Assembly: GCA_964496205.1 (NCBI GenBank)
Contig: CAZBXV010000001.1
Location: forward strand, 30,680 to 94,679
DNA: 64,000 bases
Source of the DNA: an uncultured Acidimicrobiia bacterium
GTDB lineage: Bacteria > Actinomycetota > Acidimicrobiia > Spongiisociales > UBA4744
Direction: 5' to 3'
Part shown: positions 26,359 through 35,667 of the stretch, piece by piece
Layout of the letters: each line of letters starts with the position of its first letter
Position numbering within the stretch: the first letter of the stretch is position 1
Position numbers and translations under genes: made by a program
Notes under the pieces: model-generated
Seen by the model: only the letters and a program-made list of their open reading frames with translations
The model's database searches: none
What the model was told of the DNA's origin: nothing

Positions 26359-28506
26359 GTGATCAATCTCAACATCCCTGTTCTCGGAACGGCCGAGCTC
26401 CCGATACCTTCGGCGTTTCCTCGTCTCTACGACCTTGCCTACAACCTGTGGTGGACATGGTCCGGAGGAAGTCGTCTGTGGCGGATGATCGACGCCGACC
26501 TGTGGAGTCGCTACCACAACCCGATCGAGCTCCTCTCGGCCGTCGACCGTTCGACATGGCGCAATCTCGAGGACAGTGGCGACTTCCAGGACGCGTATGG
26601 CGAGTCCATCGCGAAGTTCGACGAGTACATGAAAGGCAAGGGAACCTGGTGGTCGAACAACGCTCCTGAGGGTGCCGGCCCAATCGCCTATCTCTGCGCC
26701 GAGTATGGCGTCGAGAACATCCTGCCTACCTACTCAGGCGGCCTCGGCGTTCTCGCAGGCGATCATGCCAAGTCTGCGTCCGACCTGGGACTGCCGTTCG
26801 TGGCAACAGGGCTGCTGTACCGCCGCGGATACTTCAGACAGGAAGTCGATGCACTCGGCGACCAGCAGCACACCTATCCGGTGGTCGATCCAGTCCGCTT
26901 GCCCCTTCAGCAAGTTGCCGGGCCGACCGGCGGCCAACTCAAGATCGACATCGAGATGCCTGGTCGCACGGTGCGTGTTGGCGTGTGGAAGGTCCAGGTC
27001 GGCAGGGTTCCGATCCTGCTGATGGACACCGATCTGACCGAGAACGATGACGCCGATCGTCCCATCACCCACACGCTCTATGTCCGAGGCCGGGAGATGC
27101 GGTTCGTCCAGGAGTACGTCCTGGGAGTCGGTTCGATTCGCGTGCTCGACGCATTGGGAATCGAACCAAAGGCATGGCACATCAACGAGGGTCACGCCGC
27201 CATGAGTCTTCTGGAACGGACCGCCCGGCTAGTCGCCGAAGGGCACAGCGCCGAACAGGCAATGCACATTGTGAAATCGAACACATCGTTCACACTCCAC
27301 ACTCCTGTGCCGGCAGGCAACGAAGTGTTCGACTTCCCCCTGGTCGAAAAGTACCTCAGCTCCATGCCCGGTCGCATGTCCATCGACATGGCCCGCCTGG
27401 CATCGCTAGGCGCCGCTCACGAAGGCGATGAATACCACTTCAACCTGTCGGCCCTCGCGATCCGCCTCTCGACCTACGTCAACGGAGTCAGCGCGCGCCA
27501 CGGGGAGATCGTCGGCAGGGACTGGACCCATCTGCTTTCGGGCCCTGCCTCCTCGATCACCAACGGTGTCCACCCACCCACGTGGCTCAGTCGCCCCCAT
27601 CAACGGGTCCTCTCAGAGCTGTACGGCCCGAAGTGGCGCCAAGTGCTCATCGACGACCCCACAAGCATCGAGCGACTGTCGGAACTTCCCGACGAACGCC
27701 TATGGGAGATCCACGCCCGGCAGCGTCGTTTGCTCGCCAGATTTGCAAAGGGCCGAATCCTCCGTCAACGGGCTCGCCACGGAGCCTCGCCCGACGAACT
27801 GCGAGCCATCTCGAACATCCTGTCACCCGACTGGCTCACAATCGGATTCGCTCGCCGATTCGCTACATACAAACGAGCGCTGCTGCTGTTTCACAACCTC
27901 CCTTGGCTACAGGCGATCCTGACAAATCCCGACCGTCCGGTTCAGATCCTCATCGCGGGGAAGGCTCATCCGGCCGATCAGAACGGACAAGGTCTGATTC
28001 GCCGCATCGTCGAACTCTCGAGAACGCCCGAGTTGAGTGGCCACGTCCACTTCCTGGAGAACTACGACATGCGGGTCGCCCGGTACCTGGTTCAGGGCGT
28101 CGATGTCTGGCTGAACAACCCGCGGCCACCGCTCGAAGCATCGGGCACTTCGGGAATGAAGTCGGCGATGAACGGCGGGCTCAACCTCTCGATCCTCGAC
28201 GGCTGGTGGCTCGAGGGTCACAATGGACGGAACGGCTGGGCATTCGGTCTCGAGTGGGGCAATGGGGACCACGCTGCTCAGGACAATGAAGACGCGATCG
28301 CCCTCTATCGCACGCTGCAGGATCAAGTCGTTCCGATCTACTACGACCGAGACGAAGAGGGCATTCCGAGGGGCTGGGTCCAGAAGATGCGGGAAGCGAT
28401 GCGTTCCACTCTCACCGACTTCTCGTCCGACCGAATGGTGATGGAGTACGCCCAGCAGGCATACATCCCCCTGAGTTCAGAGTCTCGACTGACGACTGAC
28501 GACTGA
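26359..28506 (+). CDS. glgP: Alpha-glucan (glycogen) phosphorylase, GT35 GlgP type with a DUF3417 N-terminus.
   Basis: YLCAEYGVENILPTYSGGLGVLAGDHAKSASDLGLP and the later GT35 regions (INEGHAA, GTSGMKSAMNGGLNLSILDGWW) are present. Confidence 0.85.
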   Translation: MINLNIPVLGTAELPIPSAFPRLYDLAYNLWWTWSGGSRLWRMIDADLWSRYHNPIELLSAVDRSTWRNLEDSGDFQDAYGESIAKFDEYMKGKGTWWSNNAPEGAGPIAYLCAEYGVENILPTYSGGLGVLAGDHAKSASDLGLPFVATGLLYRRGYFRQEVDALGDQQHTYPVVDPVRLPLQQVAGPTGGQLKIDIEMPGRTVRVGVWKVQVGRVPILLMDTDLTENDDADRPITHTLYVRGREMRFVQEYVLGVGSIRVLDALGIEPKAWHINEGHAAMSLLERTARLVAEGHSAEQAMHIVKSNTSFTLHTPVPAGNEVFDFPLVEKYLSSMPGRMSIDMARLASLGAAHEGDEYHFNLSALAIRLSTYVNGVSARHGEIVGRDWTHLLSGPASSITNGVHPPTWLSRPHQRVLSELYGPKWRQVLIDDPTSIERLSELPDERLWEIHARQRRLLARFAKGRILRQRARHGASPDELRAISNILSPDWLTIGFARRFATYKRALLLFHNLPWLQAILTNPDRPVQILIAGKAHPADQNGQGLIRRIVELSRTPELSGHVHFLENYDMRVARYLVQGVDVWLNNPRPPLEASGTSGMKSAMNGGLNLSILDGWWLEGHNGRNGWAFGLEWGNGDHAAQDNEDAIALYRTLQDQVVPIYYDRDEEGIPRGWVQKMREAMRSTLTDFSSDRMVMEYAQQAYIPLSSESRLTTDD

Positions 28507-28514
28507 CGACTTCG
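28487..28514. repeat. Tandem heptamer (GACTGAC) x3 plus a degenerate fourth copy, spanning the glgP stop codon.
   Basis: The sequence gactgac gactgac gactgac gacttcg is read directly. The third copy contains the in-frame TGA stop. A short hairpin cgagc-gaa-gctcg follows. Confidence 0.5.
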
Positions 28515-28527
28515 AGCGAAGCTCGGC

Positions 28528-29700
28528 TCAGGCTTCTTCGAGAAACCGCTTGATGCCGCGCACAGCCTGCCGAATCCGGTGATCGTTTTCGACGAGCGCG
28601 AACCGAACGAACCCCTCGCCGTGCGGTCCAAAGCCAACACCCGGGCTCACGGCGACCTTCGCTTCCTCGAGGAGCCGAAAGGCGAACTTGAGCGAGCCCT
28701 TCTCCTCGAAGCCTTCTGGCAAGGGTGCCCACGCGAACATGGTCCCCTTTGGACGTGGAATCTCCCATCCGGCGCGTGCGAGACCATCGACCAGCGCGTC
28801 CCGGCGGGTCTTGTAGATCTCCCGTACTTCGGCCACGTAGTCATCGGCTTCGTTGAGTGCAACGATCGAGGCAATCTGGATCGGCTGGAAGGTCCCGTAG
28901 TCGAGGTATGACTTCAGTTTCGCGAGTGCCGCGATCATCTCACGGTTTCCGACGGCGAACCCGACGCGCCATCCCGCCATGGAATGGCCCTTCGTCATCG
29001 TGTACAGCTCGACACCCACGTCCTTGGCACCGGGAACCTCGAGGAGGCTTGGCGGCACATAGTCGTCGAAGTAGACGTCGGCGTAGGCGAAGTCGTGCAC
29101 GAGCATCACATCGTTGTCCTTCGCGAACGCAACGAGCCGTTCGAAGAAGTCGAGGTCGACACATGACGTCGTCGGATTGTGAGGAAACGACGTCAGGATC
29201 ACTCGAGGACGCGGCCATGAATCGGAGAACACCGTTCGGAGCCCCGTGAAGAAATCCTCGCCGAGACCCAGCGGCACACGGCGGACCTCGGCTCCGGCGA
29301 GCACGGCCGCATAGATATGGATCGGATAGCTCGGCTCGGGGACGAGTGCCACGTCACCGGGTCGCACCAGCGCCCACATCAGGTGTGCGAGACCCTCCTT
29401 GGCCCCAATCGTCGTGATGACCTCCGTTTCGGGATCAACCTCGACGTCGAAACGCCGCCGGTAGCGATCGGCGACCGCCTTCCTCAGATTGGGGATGCCA
29501 CGTGAGGCCGAGTAGCGGTGGTTTCGCGGATTCTGTGCCGCCTCAACGAGTTTGGCCACGGCAACCGGAGGAGACGGTATGTCCGGATTGCCGAACCCGA
29601 GATCGATCACATCTTCCCCAGCGCGTCGCGCCTCCCTCTTGGCCGCGTCGACCTCAGCGAAGACGTAGGGGGGCAGATCGTCGATGCGCCGAAACTTCAA
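28528..29700 (-). CDS. Class I PLP-dependent aminotransferase (AlaA/AspC-like).
   Basis: [35 protein letters not shown] and the Lys region ([14 protein letters not shown]) are present. The likely start is the TTG at 29698-29700, 5 nt after a GGAGG. Confidence 0.8.
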   Translation of the reverse strand: MKFRRIDDLPPYVFAEVDAAKREARRAGEDVIDLGFGNPDIPSPPVAVAKLVEAAQNPRNHRYSASRGIPNLRKAVADRYRRRFDVEVDPETEVITTIGAKEGLAHLMWALVRPGDVALVPEPSYPIHIYAAVLAGAEVRRVPLGLGEDFFTGLRTVFSDSWPRPRVILTSFPHNPTTSCVDLDFFERLVAFAKDNDVMLVHDFAYADVYFDDYVPPSLLEVPGAKDVGVELYTMTKGHSMAGWRVGFAVGNREMIAALAKLKSYLDYGTFQPIQIASIVALNEADDYVAEVREIYKTRRDALVDGLARAGWEIPRPKGTMFAWAPLPEGFEEKGSLKFAFRLLEEAKVAVSPGVGFGPHGEGFVRFALVENDHRIRQAVRGIKRFLEEA

Positions 29701-29722
29701 GGTCACCTCCGTTTCGGGCAGG

Positions 29723-30496
29723 CTACCGCTCAAACTCCAATCGCGGCAGAACCTCGCGTGCGAACAGCTCCCACGTGTCACCGAGGAGAGCCAGCACGAA
29801 GTCGTCGACACCTGCCTCTCGAAGCTCGGCGAGTCGCCCAGGGAGTGTCTCGACCGTGGCTGCCAGAGCAGGGCTTCGACGACGCTCGACCGCAGCCTGA
29901 AGCGCAGGCTCGTTCTGTGCGAGCAGCACCTGTCCTCCCCAACTGATGCGCGGCGCAGTCGGCTGCGATCTACGGTCGACAAGCCACTCCGGACCGACGT
30001 TCCACACGTTCCAGCAGTCGGCCCACTCTGCCGCCACGCGCTGCACCCGGCGCGAGGTCCCGCCGATCCACACGGGAGCGATACCACGAACGAGCCGTGC
30101 GGTCGCTGCCAGGCCGGAGATCCGCTCGTCGATCGTTCCAAAGGGGATCCCGTAGGCATCGAACTCCCCTCGGGACAGTCCATCACCGGCCCCGAGGCCA
30201 CAGATCACACGTCCCCCGCTCAGCCGCTGGGCAGACGCGATCACCGCAGCCGTCTGCTCCGGCGAGCGCATCGAGGTTCTCAGCACCAGTGTCCCCACAT
30301 TCACCCGTGCTGTCGCCGCAATCACCGCCCCCAGGGCCACCGTCGACTCCACGATCGGCCGCTCGGGACCATCGATCGGAAACAGGTGGTCGAACAGAAA
30401 GACGCCATCGAAACGAAGCGTCTCAGCGCGCCGGGCACCGGCGACCAGCGTCTTTGGCTCCTGGACGAACTGCGGAAGTGTGACCGAGATAGTCAC
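29723..30496 (-). CDS. Luciferase-like monooxygenase (LLM) family oxidoreductase.
   Basis: The LLM-type pattern is present ([12 protein letters not shown]...[16 protein letters not shown]...[12 protein letters not shown]). The start is uncertain and is probably a GTG near 30496. Confidence 0.7.
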   Translation of the reverse strand: MTISVTLPQFVQEPKTLVAGARRAETLRFDGVFLFDHLFPIDGPERPIVESTVALGAVIAATARVNVGTLVLRTSMRSPEQTAAVIASAQRLSGGRVICGLGAGDGLSRGEFDAYGIPFGTIDERISGLAATARLVRGIAPVWIGGTSRRVQRVAAEWADCWNVWNVGPEWLVDRRSQPTAPRISWGGQVLLAQNEPALQAAVERRRSPALAATVETLPGRLAELREAGVDDFVLALLGDTWELFAREVLPRLEFER

Positions 30497-30906
30497 GCAA
30501 TCCGCCGCACCAACCACGACAAGCGGGCAGGAACGAGCCCTGCGGCAATATCGACGGCGTGCTCGACGATCTCGAGGATGTCCTGTGGCCCATCCCACAG
30601 CTCCTCCACCACCTCGTGTCCGGCCGAGCGGATCAGCCTGTGGAGAGCCAGAACGACGATGAGTATGTCATCGGTTTCCCCGACCACCGGAATCATGTCC
30701 GGAATCAGATCGATCGGTGACACGACATAGCCGAGGGCCAGCAATGCGAACGCTTTTGCACGCCGTGGCACCCTTGGATCTCGAATCAGGCGGCCTACAA
30801 GCTTGACCATGCGCGGAAACGCCAGCAGCGCCTCTTTCATCCACCGCTTTGCATCCCCGCCGTGAGCGGGACCTATGACCTCATCGGGAGCCAGCGCATC
30901 AGACAT
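30493..30906 (-). CDS. DUF1232 (YkvA-like) membrane protein.
   Basis: RRAKAFALLALGYVVSPIDLIPDMIPVVGETDDILIVVLAL is the DUF1232 core. Confidence 0.65.
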   Translation of the reverse strand: MSDALAPDEVIGPAHGGDAKRWMKEALLAFPRMVKLVGRLIRDPRVPRRAKAFALLALGYVVSPIDLIPDMIPVVGETDDILIVVLALHRLIRSAGHEVVEELWDGPQDILEIVEHAVDIAAGLVPARLSWLVRRIA

Positions 30907-31825
30907 CGATCATCCTTGCTGCAGCCAACCCGGCGCCGACAAGTGCCGCATCCTCACCGAACGCGGCCACCTCGATCGGAGTCGGGGTTCTCACATCGTA
31001 CCCTTCGAGCGTGGCTGCAATAGCCCTTTGCGTCGGGCGCACCAGCAGGTCCCCGAGTCTGGAGACACCCCCGCCGATCACAATCACGTTCGGGTCGAGC
31101 ACAGCGATCAGCGTCGACAGGCCGACACCGAGCCACCACGCGACTTCGGCAACGAGTTCGAGGGCTTGTTCGTCACCCTCGATCGCCGCCGTTGTTATGT
31201 GAACACCCGTCGGCATGTTCGATCCGGAGAGCTGCGCAATCCGGCCACTCGGGTGATCCGCAGCCGCGTCGCGGGCCATCTGATCCAGCCGTCGTCCAGA
31301 TGTGAACGTCTCCCAGCACCCCTGCTGGCCGCAGGTACACAGCGGTCCACCGACGTCCACCAGCATGTGGCCGATCTCGCCGGCAAACCCGCGACCTCTG
31401 TAGATCTCTCCATCGATCACGAGCCCCCCGCCGATCCCGGTACCGAGTGTGACCATGAGAACCACTCGATGCCCTCTCCCGGCACCGATGGCCGCCTCGA
31501 CAAAGCCCGCCAGGTTCGCATCGTTGTCGACGACCACCGGCAACGCGAACTCGCTTCGAATCGTGTCGAGGAATGCGAGATGCTCACCGGTCACGTTCGG
31601 TCCCCAACGCATGACCCCGGCCTCGCTGACCAACCCGGCGACGCCGAGGCCGATCGCCGATACGTGTTCGTCGATCAGATGGCGAATCAGCTCCACCGGA
31701 CTCTCGAGCATCTGCTCCGAGGTACGCGGCCTCGGGCGTTCTATCTTGCGTTCGATCGTGCCGGAAGGATCGACCACACCCCCCGACAGCTTGGTACCAC
31801 CCAGATCGATTCCGATGGTGCTCAC
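30899..31825 (-). CDS. ROK-family sugar kinase (probable glucokinase).
   Basis: It has the MSTIGIDLGGTK N-terminal ATP motif, the ROK signature region and the zinc-binding Cys/His motif (HMLVDVGGPLCTCGQQGCWE). Confidence 0.8.
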   Translation of the reverse strand: MSTIGIDLGGTKLSGGVVDPSGTIERKIERPRPRTSEQMLESPVELIRHLIDEHVSAIGLGVAGLVSEAGVMRWGPNVTGEHLAFLDTIRSEFALPVVVDNDANLAGFVEAAIGAGRGHRVVLMVTLGTGIGGGLVIDGEIYRGRGFAGEIGHMLVDVGGPLCTCGQQGCWETFTSGRRLDQMARDAAADHPSGRIAQLSGSNMPTGVHITTAAIEGDEQALELVAEVAWWLGVGLSTLIAVLDPNVIVIGGGVSRLGDLLVRPTQRAIAATLEGYDVRTPTPIEVAAFGEDAALVGAGLAAARMIDV

Positions 31826-31860
31826 CCGGGCATCCTACCGAGCCCAGTTCCGCGCTTGTC

Positions 31861-31920
31861 TCTAGAATAAAACTTGACTAGGCTATTGTTAGATTTACTG
31901 AGTAGGCAAGAGAGGAGCGT
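31861..31920 (+). promoter_or_regulatory. AT-rich promoter/operator island upstream of hsp20.
   Basis: tctagaataaaacttgactaggctattgttagatttactgagtaggcaag is an AT-rich island in a 67% GC genome. It contains TTGACT and an imperfect inverted repeat (CTTGaCTAgg-N19-gAGTAGgCAAG), followed by a GAGGAG RBS. Confidence 0.3.
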
Positions 31921-31926
31921 GTGGCC

Positions 31927-32337
31927 ATGAGGGCACAACTACTTCGTTACGATCCATTCAGCATGGTCAGGGATTTCGACCGGTTCTTCGAAGAACCGAA
32001 TCGCCCCTGGATGCCGCGGGTCGATGTGTTTGATCGAGAAGGTTCTCTCGTCGTGCGAGCGGAGCTGCCTGGCATGCAGTCCGAGAACATCGACGTGACC
32101 GTTGAGAACTCCGAGCTGGTCGTCTCCGGATCCCGATCGTTCGAGTCGACCGAGGATGACTCGGGCTATCACCGCAGGGAGATCGCGTACGGAAGCTTCC
32201 AGCGCGCCGTGTACCTGCCGGACGAGTTCGATGCCGACAAGATCACGGCTCAGTACCGCGAAGGCATCCTCGAGATCACCGTCCCGAGACGCCCCGAGGT
32301 TCTTCCGAAGAAGGTCAAGGTAGAGATCGGCGAGTAG
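31927..32337 (+). CDS. Hsp20/alpha-crystallin family small heat-shock protein.
   Basis: It has an alpha-crystallin domain (VDVFDREGSLVVRAELPGMQSENIDVTVENSELVVSGSR...AQYREGILEITVPRR). Confidence 0.85.
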   Translation: MRAQLLRYDPFSMVRDFDRFFEEPNRPWMPRVDVFDREGSLVVRAELPGMQSENIDVTVENSELVVSGSRSFESTEDDSGYHRREIAYGSFQRAVYLPDEFDADKITAQYREGILEITVPRRPEVLPKKVKVEIGE

Positions 32338-32353
32338 CCGGTCCCCTGACGCA

Positions 32354-32380
32354 GAGCGGCCCGGTCTTGCTGGGCCGCTC
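32354..32380. terminator. GC-rich hairpin between the convergent hsp20 and arsA-like genes (candidate bidirectional terminator).
   Basis: gagcggccc-ggtcttgct-gggccgctc has a perfect 9-bp stem and a 9-nt loop. It abuts the stop of the ArsA-like gene and is followed by tcatcgtt on the plus strand. Confidence 0.45.
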
Positions 32381-33547
32381 TCATCGTTCCACGAACTCGA
32401 TCGTCAGAACTCCGGACGAGAGGCGTGCTCCTCCGATCTCGCGCCGCTGGAGAGAGTCGGGAAGCACGAACGACCGTCGATACGGACCAACGGTCACATA
32501 CACCTCGTGGCCATCCCTCATGACATCGATGTCGCCCCCGACGGCCAAAGGCAGGGACAGTTCAAGGCGGACCGATCCGTCTGTTTCGGTGACCTGGAAA
32601 GGACGATCGCCCGAGTAGGACGCGACCGGATCGGTATCCCCATACAGCTCGTGGCCGAGTTCCCGCAGGCGCTGCTCCCCCACCATCTCGTCATCGAACA
32701 GCCGGAGCCGAAGGACGGGCACATCCGCGAAGGAGTCCTCGATCGTCGCGAGATGCTCTGTCTGGATCTGCCGCCATCGTTCGAAATACGGATCATCGAT
32801 CACGTCGGGAAGCACCCTGTTGACGACAACGCCATCCACGGCGTAGCCGAACAGTGTCAGGTATGTGTAGGTGCGCCGTGCCTCGTTGACAACCATCCGC
32901 TCCGGATTGACGACGAGTCGCGCCGACGTGACCTCGGTGTCCAAGAGAAGCGTCCGAGCCTTCTCGATGCTGGTGAAGACATTCTCGGCCGCGTCGTAGA
33001 CGGCTTCACCGGGCAACGGCAGATCCGTGACACGGCTGAGCACCGGCCTCGCCGCTCGCATGAGCCTCCGCTGCGTGAAGAACATCTTGTCGAAGTACCA
33101 GGACAGGACCTCGGGGAGGGACAGCAGACGGAGGGTTTCCGCCGTGGGGGCGCAGTCCACAACGACGACGTCGTATCGGCCGGAGATCGCCTGCGCTCGG
33201 ACTTCAATGAGGGCAAACAGCTCATCCATGCCGGGGAACACGAGGAACTCCTCCGCCTCGATCCCCCTGACACCTCCCCAGTCGAAGATCGCCATGAGCT
33301 GATTGCGGATCTCTCCCCAGTAGGACTCGAGGCGCTTCTGTGTGTCGATCTGCTGTGCGTGAAGGCCATGCACGATCTGGCGCGGCTCATCCCCCAACGG
33401 CACGTCGAACGCGTCTCCCAGACTGTGAGCGGGGTCGGTTGAGATGACGAGCGAGCGGTACCCAAGATCGGTCGCCCGGAGCGCCGTCGCTGCCGAAACA
33501 GTCGTCTTGCCGACACCACCCTTGCCGGTAACCAGGACGATCCGCAT
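32381..33547 (-). CDS. ArsA/Get3-family ATPase with a C-terminal Hsp20-like (alpha-crystallin-like) domain.
   Basis: It has a deviant Walker A (MRIVLVTGKGGVGKTTVSAATAL) and the ArsA signature (DPAHSLGDAF). The C-terminal 90 aa (RLELSLPLAVGGDIDVMRDGHEVYVTVGPYRRSFVLPDSL...GVLTIEF) resemble an ACD fold. Confidence 0.8.
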   Translation of the reverse strand: MRIVLVTGKGGVGKTTVSAATALRATDLGYRSLVISTDPAHSLGDAFDVPLGDEPRQIVHGLHAQQIDTQKRLESYWGEIRNQLMAIFDWGGVRGIEAEEFLVFPGMDELFALIEVRAQAISGRYDVVVVDCAPTAETLRLLSLPEVLSWYFDKMFFTQRRLMRAARPVLSRVTDLPLPGEAVYDAAENVFTSIEKARTLLLDTEVTSARLVVNPERMVVNEARRTYTYLTLFGYAVDGVVVNRVLPDVIDDPYFERWRQIQTEHLATIEDSFADVPVLRLRLFDDEMVGEQRLRELGHELYGDTDPVASYSGDRPFQVTETDGSVRLELSLPLAVGGDIDVMRDGHEVYVTVGPYRRSFVLPDSLQRREIGGARLSSGVLTIEFVER

Positions 33548-33993
33548 CAGTCCGGCCCGACTTGTCTCACTCGCTTTCGCAATCCTCGAAGCGCCGTCGA
33601 GACGAGCTGCTTTTCCGCCTGGTGGCGCAGGAACCCCGGGAGAGGGAACCCGTAGTCGACACGCAACGCGTACACGACGTCGGTGCCGCCGCTTTCCAGG
33701 GGGGCAAGCTCATAGGAACCGACCATCTCCTTGATGTCGTCGCCGGGATCGGCCACCCAAGAGATGACTTTCGGGCGATTGAACTCGTATGTGAGGACGT
33801 ACGTGATGACCTTGACCATGGCATCGACCTCGAATCGAACCTTGGATGGCATGTCATCTGCATCCCGCTCGAGTACCTCTACGGCGCGCATAGCCGTGAT
33901 CCATTCGGGATAGCGTTCCAAGTCCGCAAGCACGTCGAAAATGGCTTCGGGCGTTGCGGGAATCTCAATACTCTGAACCGTGCCTTCGCTCAC
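33547..33993 (-). CDS. SRPBCC-superfamily (polyketide cyclase/dehydrase-like) protein.
   Basis: IEIPATPEAIFDVLADLERYPEWI...VLTYEF has the SRPBCC pattern. Its stop shares 1 nt with the arsA-like start. Confidence 0.7.
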   Translation of the reverse strand: MSEGTVQSIEIPATPEAIFDVLADLERYPEWITAMRAVEVLERDADDMPSKVRFEVDAMVKVITYVLTYEFNRPKVISWVADPGDDIKEMVGSYELAPLESGGTDVVYALRVDYGFPLPGFLRHQAEKQLVSTALRGLRKRVRQVGPD

Positions 33994-34787
33994 TCTGGCT
34001 CCCTCTTTGCTCTAGCGTAGCTCGCCGGCACCTCGCACCGAACCCCGCGTCGGGTTGCACGGAAGTATCCGACATTCACGCACAATGTGTTGCCGATTCT
34101 CCACCGAGTTGCTTGGGGTTGGTGAACATCGCCGAAGAAGTGACGGAGCGGGCGATGACGGAGAACGTACTCCAACACCGCCTCGGAACCTCCTTCGAGC
34201 CTCCCCGTGATCACGTCCCGTCGCAGTGCCGGCACAGCGGGGGGCACGTGTGTGCACAGGACGTCGACGGGCCCCATCGTGGTGAGTTTCTCTGCCATCT
34301 CCACCTCCGACACCTCCCCTGGCACGCCGAGTGGTGTCGGCATCCCTCCTCCAACCATGCCGACGATGAGTCCATCGATCTCGACAACCTCACCGTCCAC
34401 AAATCGAAAACCTTCGGGCAGCGACCGTTGAAGGAGTCCCGGCCAATCGACGTTGCCGAACGTCGTGAAGCCGTGTCCCCCCGAGAGCGCCCGCGAAAGC
34501 TCCTCGTACTGTCGCTCCACCGCTGCCTGTATTCCCCCACGGACTCCTCCGGCGTCGTCGGCCAGCCGCCCCTTCCACAGCCGCCTCGACGCCGCGTAGT
34601 CGCCTCGCGCCCGATGAGCGGAGACGTCCATGACGAACTCCCGGCCGAGCACGTCAGCAAGAATCCCTTCGCTCGTTCGATAGTCGACGAAGTTGATGAA
34701 GTCGCCCATCATCACGAGAGTCTCCCCTCGTGCGGCGATTCGGGCTAGGTCCGCAAAAGCGCCATGCACGTCGGAGGCGAGCAGCAT
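33990..34787 (-). CDS. Calcineurin-like metallophosphoesterase.
   Basis: It has the MPE motifs (LLASDVHG, MGDFINF, GNVDWPG, THVPP, GDVHQ). The start MLLASDVHG at 34787 overlaps the SRPBCC gene by 4 bp. Confidence 0.7.
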   Translation of the reverse strand: MLLASDVHGAFADLARIAARGETLVMMGDFINFVDYRTSEGILADVLGREFVMDVSAHRARGDYAASRRLWKGRLADDAGGVRGGIQAAVERQYEELSRALSGGHGFTTFGNVDWPGLLQRSLPEGFRFVDGEVVEIDGLIVGMVGGGMPTPLGVPGEVSEVEMAEKLTTMGPVDVLCTHVPPAVPALRRDVITGRLEGGSEAVLEYVLRHRPLRHFFGDVHQPQATRWRIGNTLCVNVGYFRATRRGVRCEVPASYARAKREPE

Positions 34788-35029
34788 CAGACCTTGCCGA
34801 CGTACCAGGCAACGATCGCCGAGGCCCCAACACCCGCTGCGAGCGCTCCGAGCGACGGCCATCCGGCAAACGACGCAGACAACCCTCCCATGCCAAACGC
34901 GATCAGACCCCCAACGATTCTCCTTGCCACAAGGCGTTCGTCGATGCCGTTTGGTGCGAACGTACCGATGATCCACGCGACCAAGGCAACGAATCCGATC
35001 ACGAGCGCCGCTGCATACACGTAGTTCAC
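34787..35029 (-). CDS. Small membrane protein (80 aa, 2-3 TM helices).
   Basis: MNYVYAAALVIGFVALVAWIIGTF...GGLIAFGMGGLSASFAGW...AAGVGASAIVAWYVG is hydrophobic. It is coupled by start/stop overlaps on both sides. Confidence 0.5.
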   Translation of the reverse strand: MNYVYAAALVIGFVALVAWIIGTFAPNGIDERLVARRIVGGLIAFGMGGLSASFAGWPSLGALAAGVGASAIVAWYVGKV

Positions 35030-35661
35030 GTCTTCCCCCTCGTACCGACGGCCACAGCGATCAGGACCAGCAACATGACCGCCATGATGACCGACAACAC
35101 ACGCGGGCGGAGAACGACTTCATTTGGCTCTCCTCTCGCCCATCGGTAGGCGTCCAGCGCCCCCATCATCCATACGCCGAGCCCCATCAACAGCAACAGA
35201 AGGCCGGCGAGCATGACTCCGCCGGTCATCAGCACGATGCCAAACACGATGCCGAAGATCGCCAATGCCCCCGCCGACACACCCAGAATCGACTGGCCGG
35301 AGTAGAAGTGGCCAAGCCCCGGCACCAACAAGCCACGAATGAGCGCTCGCCGCGGGTCTCTCGGTTCGACGGAATCCTCCTTGAACCGGTCGAAGATCGT
35401 TGCTCCACACGCTGAGCAGGCCGACTGAACCAGCGGATTGGTCGTCCCGCACGTCGTGCACACCCACGAATCCCTTCCGACCCTCGGCTGGTCCTGCGGA
35501 GTCAGGTGCAGACTCAGCTGGGCGGCACCATCTTCTGTCGTTTGGATATCGCTTCCGGCCTCCTCATCTTCGGGAGTCAGCGGCCGGTAGCACTGCCCGC
35601 ACCACGGAGCGCCGGCAGCGTTCCGCGCACCACAGCTCGGACAAACGACGTGGGTCGACAT
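35026..35661 (-). CDS. Double zinc-ribbon protein with a C-terminal multi-TM anchor.
   Basis: It has two CxxC...CxxC ribbons (CPSCGARN...CGQCYRP and CTTCGTTN...CSACGAT) followed by 3-4 TM helices. Confidence 0.6.
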   Translation of the reverse strand: MSTHVVCPSCGARNAAGAPWCGQCYRPLTPEDEEAGSDIQTTEDGAAQLSLHLTPQDQPRVGRDSWVCTTCGTTNPLVQSACSACGATIFDRFKEDSVEPRDPRRALIRGLLVPGLGHFYSGQSILGVSAGALAIFGIVFGIVLMTGGVMLAGLLLLLMGLGVWMMGALDAYRWARGEPNEVVLRPRVLSVIMAVMLLVLIAVAVGTRGKT

Positions 35662-35667
35662 CGATGC

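Noticed and set aside
31861-31920. HAIR (HspR) operator upstream of hsp20.
   Set aside because: It has only partial resemblance (CTTGACT / ACTGAGT against CTTGAGT-N7-ACTCAAG). I report it as an AT-rich candidate operator, not as HAIR. No hspR or hrcA gene is in the window.
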